From Opitutales bacterium (GTDB taxonomy: Bacteria; Verrucomicrobiota; Verrucomicrobiia; Opitutales; PNEW01), in the NCBI GenBank assembly GCA_965197745.1, contig CBDANS010000006.1, positions 1,088,001-1,152,000 of the forward strand: a stretch of DNA of 64,000 nucleotides, in the 5' to 3' direction. Positions 62,999-64,000 of this stretch are shown one piece after another (the first letter of the stretch is position 1; the number at the start of each line of letters is the position of its first letter). Under the pieces are notes generated by a model. The model had not been told where the DNA came from. It ran no database searches and was given only the letters and a program-made list of their open reading frames with translations. Position numbers and translations under genes: made by a program.

Positions 62999-63118
62999 TA
63001 AAAGATAATCGCTGACGGGATCTTACCGGTGAATCTTTATCTGAAGACCGGTTTCAATAAGTCGCGGCACCAGGTAGGTGCCTACATGGCCTGTTCCGCC
63101 GATGATTACTACTTTCAA
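62995..63118 (-). pseudogene. 5' stub of an NAD-dependent epimerase paralogue
   Basis: MKVVIIGGTGHVGTYLVPRLIETG versus MKVVIIGGTGHAGTYLVPRLIEAG at 10707. Confidence 0.85.
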
Positions 63119-63133
63119 TTTATATTTTTACTC

Positions 63134-64000
63134 TCACTCAATGGTCAGTTCTTCAGTCGTCACCGTGACTTCGTCACCGTCTTCGTTGGCGAAGGTGGCA
63201 TCGATGCTCAGTGTCGGCTGAGGGGTGTTATCGGACTTGAAGTTGTTCTGGGTGATTAGGGTCTCAAACCCCGTCGTTGTTGAACCACTCTCCGCGACGA
63301 CAACCGCAGCTCCGTTCGTCTGCAACAGGTCACCTCCGGTGATCCGCAACCCGGGGTTGCCGGCCGGTACCGTGAAGGAACCGTCTCCAAACAACAGGTG
63401 CGGCACTGCATCACCACTGGCGTCAATGTCACCCACCGTTAAGCGCACCGCGATAGGCACCCCGCGCGCGTCCATCCCAACTTTTCCGGTACTCCCGCTG
63501 AAAACGGTATTCGATAACTGTACCCCTCCCAGTCCCGTGGAATTGATCACTTCCACGAGGACTACGTCCGCCTGGGCGTCATAGACCTGACCTTCAGGGA
63601 AGAGGGCCTGGTTAAAGGCATTGATCCTGCCCACTGTGAAGATACTGAAGAAGGTGCTGGAGTCGGCCCCATCGATGACCACGCTCGGTTTGCCCGTCAC
63701 GTACTCCACGGCTTGGTTGTAGCGTGGAGGGATGGCCGGGGGGAGGAAGGTGGCTGGGTCGAGGGTTACGGTAAAGGTCCCATTACCTGAAAATTCTACC
63801 TGTACGATATCCTCGTTTTCATCCATGAAGGAGACGCGGGTAATTTGTCCCGGCTTAGCCTGGAGTTGGACGGACTCCCCGGTGAGTAAAATCTGGTCGA
63901 AGACATTGCCGTTGGCATGCTGAATGTTTTCACCGGCGATATCTCCCGAGCCGTCGAGGACGAGGGGCACTGAGGGCGCTGCCACAGTGATGACCGCGGT
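63134..64000 (-). CDS. Surface protein family copy 5 (3' part; 5' end lies beyond the window)
   Basis: Complete conserved C-terminal domain preceded by the end of an Ig domain (TAVITVAAPS). Confidence 0.88.
   Translation of the reverse strand, partial: TAVITVAAPSVPLVLDGSGDIAGENIQHANGNVFDQILLTGESVQLQAKPGQITRVSFMDENEDIVQVEFSGNGTFTVTLDPATFLPPAIPPRYNQAVEYVTGKPSVVIDGADSSTFFSIFTVGRINAFNQALFPEGQVYDAQADVVLVEVINSTGLGGVQLSNTVFSGSTGKVGMDARGVPIAVRLTVGDIDASGDAVPHLLFGDGSFTVPAGNPGLRITGGDLLQTNGAAVVVAESGSTTTGFETLITQNNFKSDNTPQPTLSIDATFANEDGDEVTVTTEELTIE

Noticed and set aside
57300..63000. Integron cassette array
   Set aside because: No integrase in the window, and I could not find paired RYYYAAC/GTTRRRY attC hairpins between the genes; several gaps are too short to hold one.
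4922..63923. Recurrent antisense ORFs over the surface genes (e.g. 4922..5362, 16002..16334, 19996..20343, 24607..24921, 63225..63584) and other overlapping short ORFs
   Set aside because: They are shadows of the conserved coding strand; their similarity follows from paralogy of the real genes.
63134..63985. Autotransporter beta-barrel or PEP-CTERM identity for the conserved C-terminal domain
   Set aside because: It ends in xTIE with no terminal Phe/Trp, and has no PEP motif, TM helix or basic tail. A structure prediction is needed to exclude a barrel fully.
1..64000. CRISPR array or cas genes
   Set aside because: No regularly spaced repeat-spacer array and no Cas motifs; the repeats are dispersed palindromes.

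Overview
This is a 64-kb accessory, heavily rearranged bacterial region, probably from a Verrucomicrobiota (Opitutae-like) genome. That assignment is inferred from a DUF5069-type protein, a fused ABC substrate-binding/permease gene and the surface-protein family, and is not verified. Main contents: (1) Five genes (three intact, one frameshifted, one cut by the window end) plus two orphan 3' tails of a secreted-protein family. They share a near-identical ~278-aa C-terminal domain ending in xTIE* that carries different N-terminal passengers. (2) Fifteen PhyH-like Fe(II)/2-oxoglutarate dioxygenase genes plus one 5' stub; one gene has an HxG, halogenase-type motif. (3) Catabolic and detoxification genes (LLM monooxygenases, Gfo/Idh/MocA, SDR, sulfatase, sialidase-like, sodium:solute symporter, nucleotidyltransferases, GNATs, methyltransferases). 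(4) A decayed IS3-family element with a 4-bp target duplication inside a Sel1-repeat gene, and one tRNA-Arg(UCG). (5) Dense intergenic repeats: palindromic TGTCATTGCGAG elements carrying GIY-YIG-like gene tails, and a recurrent GGTCAAAAGGGGTCA motif that sits at the breakpoints of orphan gene ends and at module boundaries. At least eight genes carry frameshifts, nonsense codons or deletions. All product calls are from motif recognition by eye; no database searches were run.
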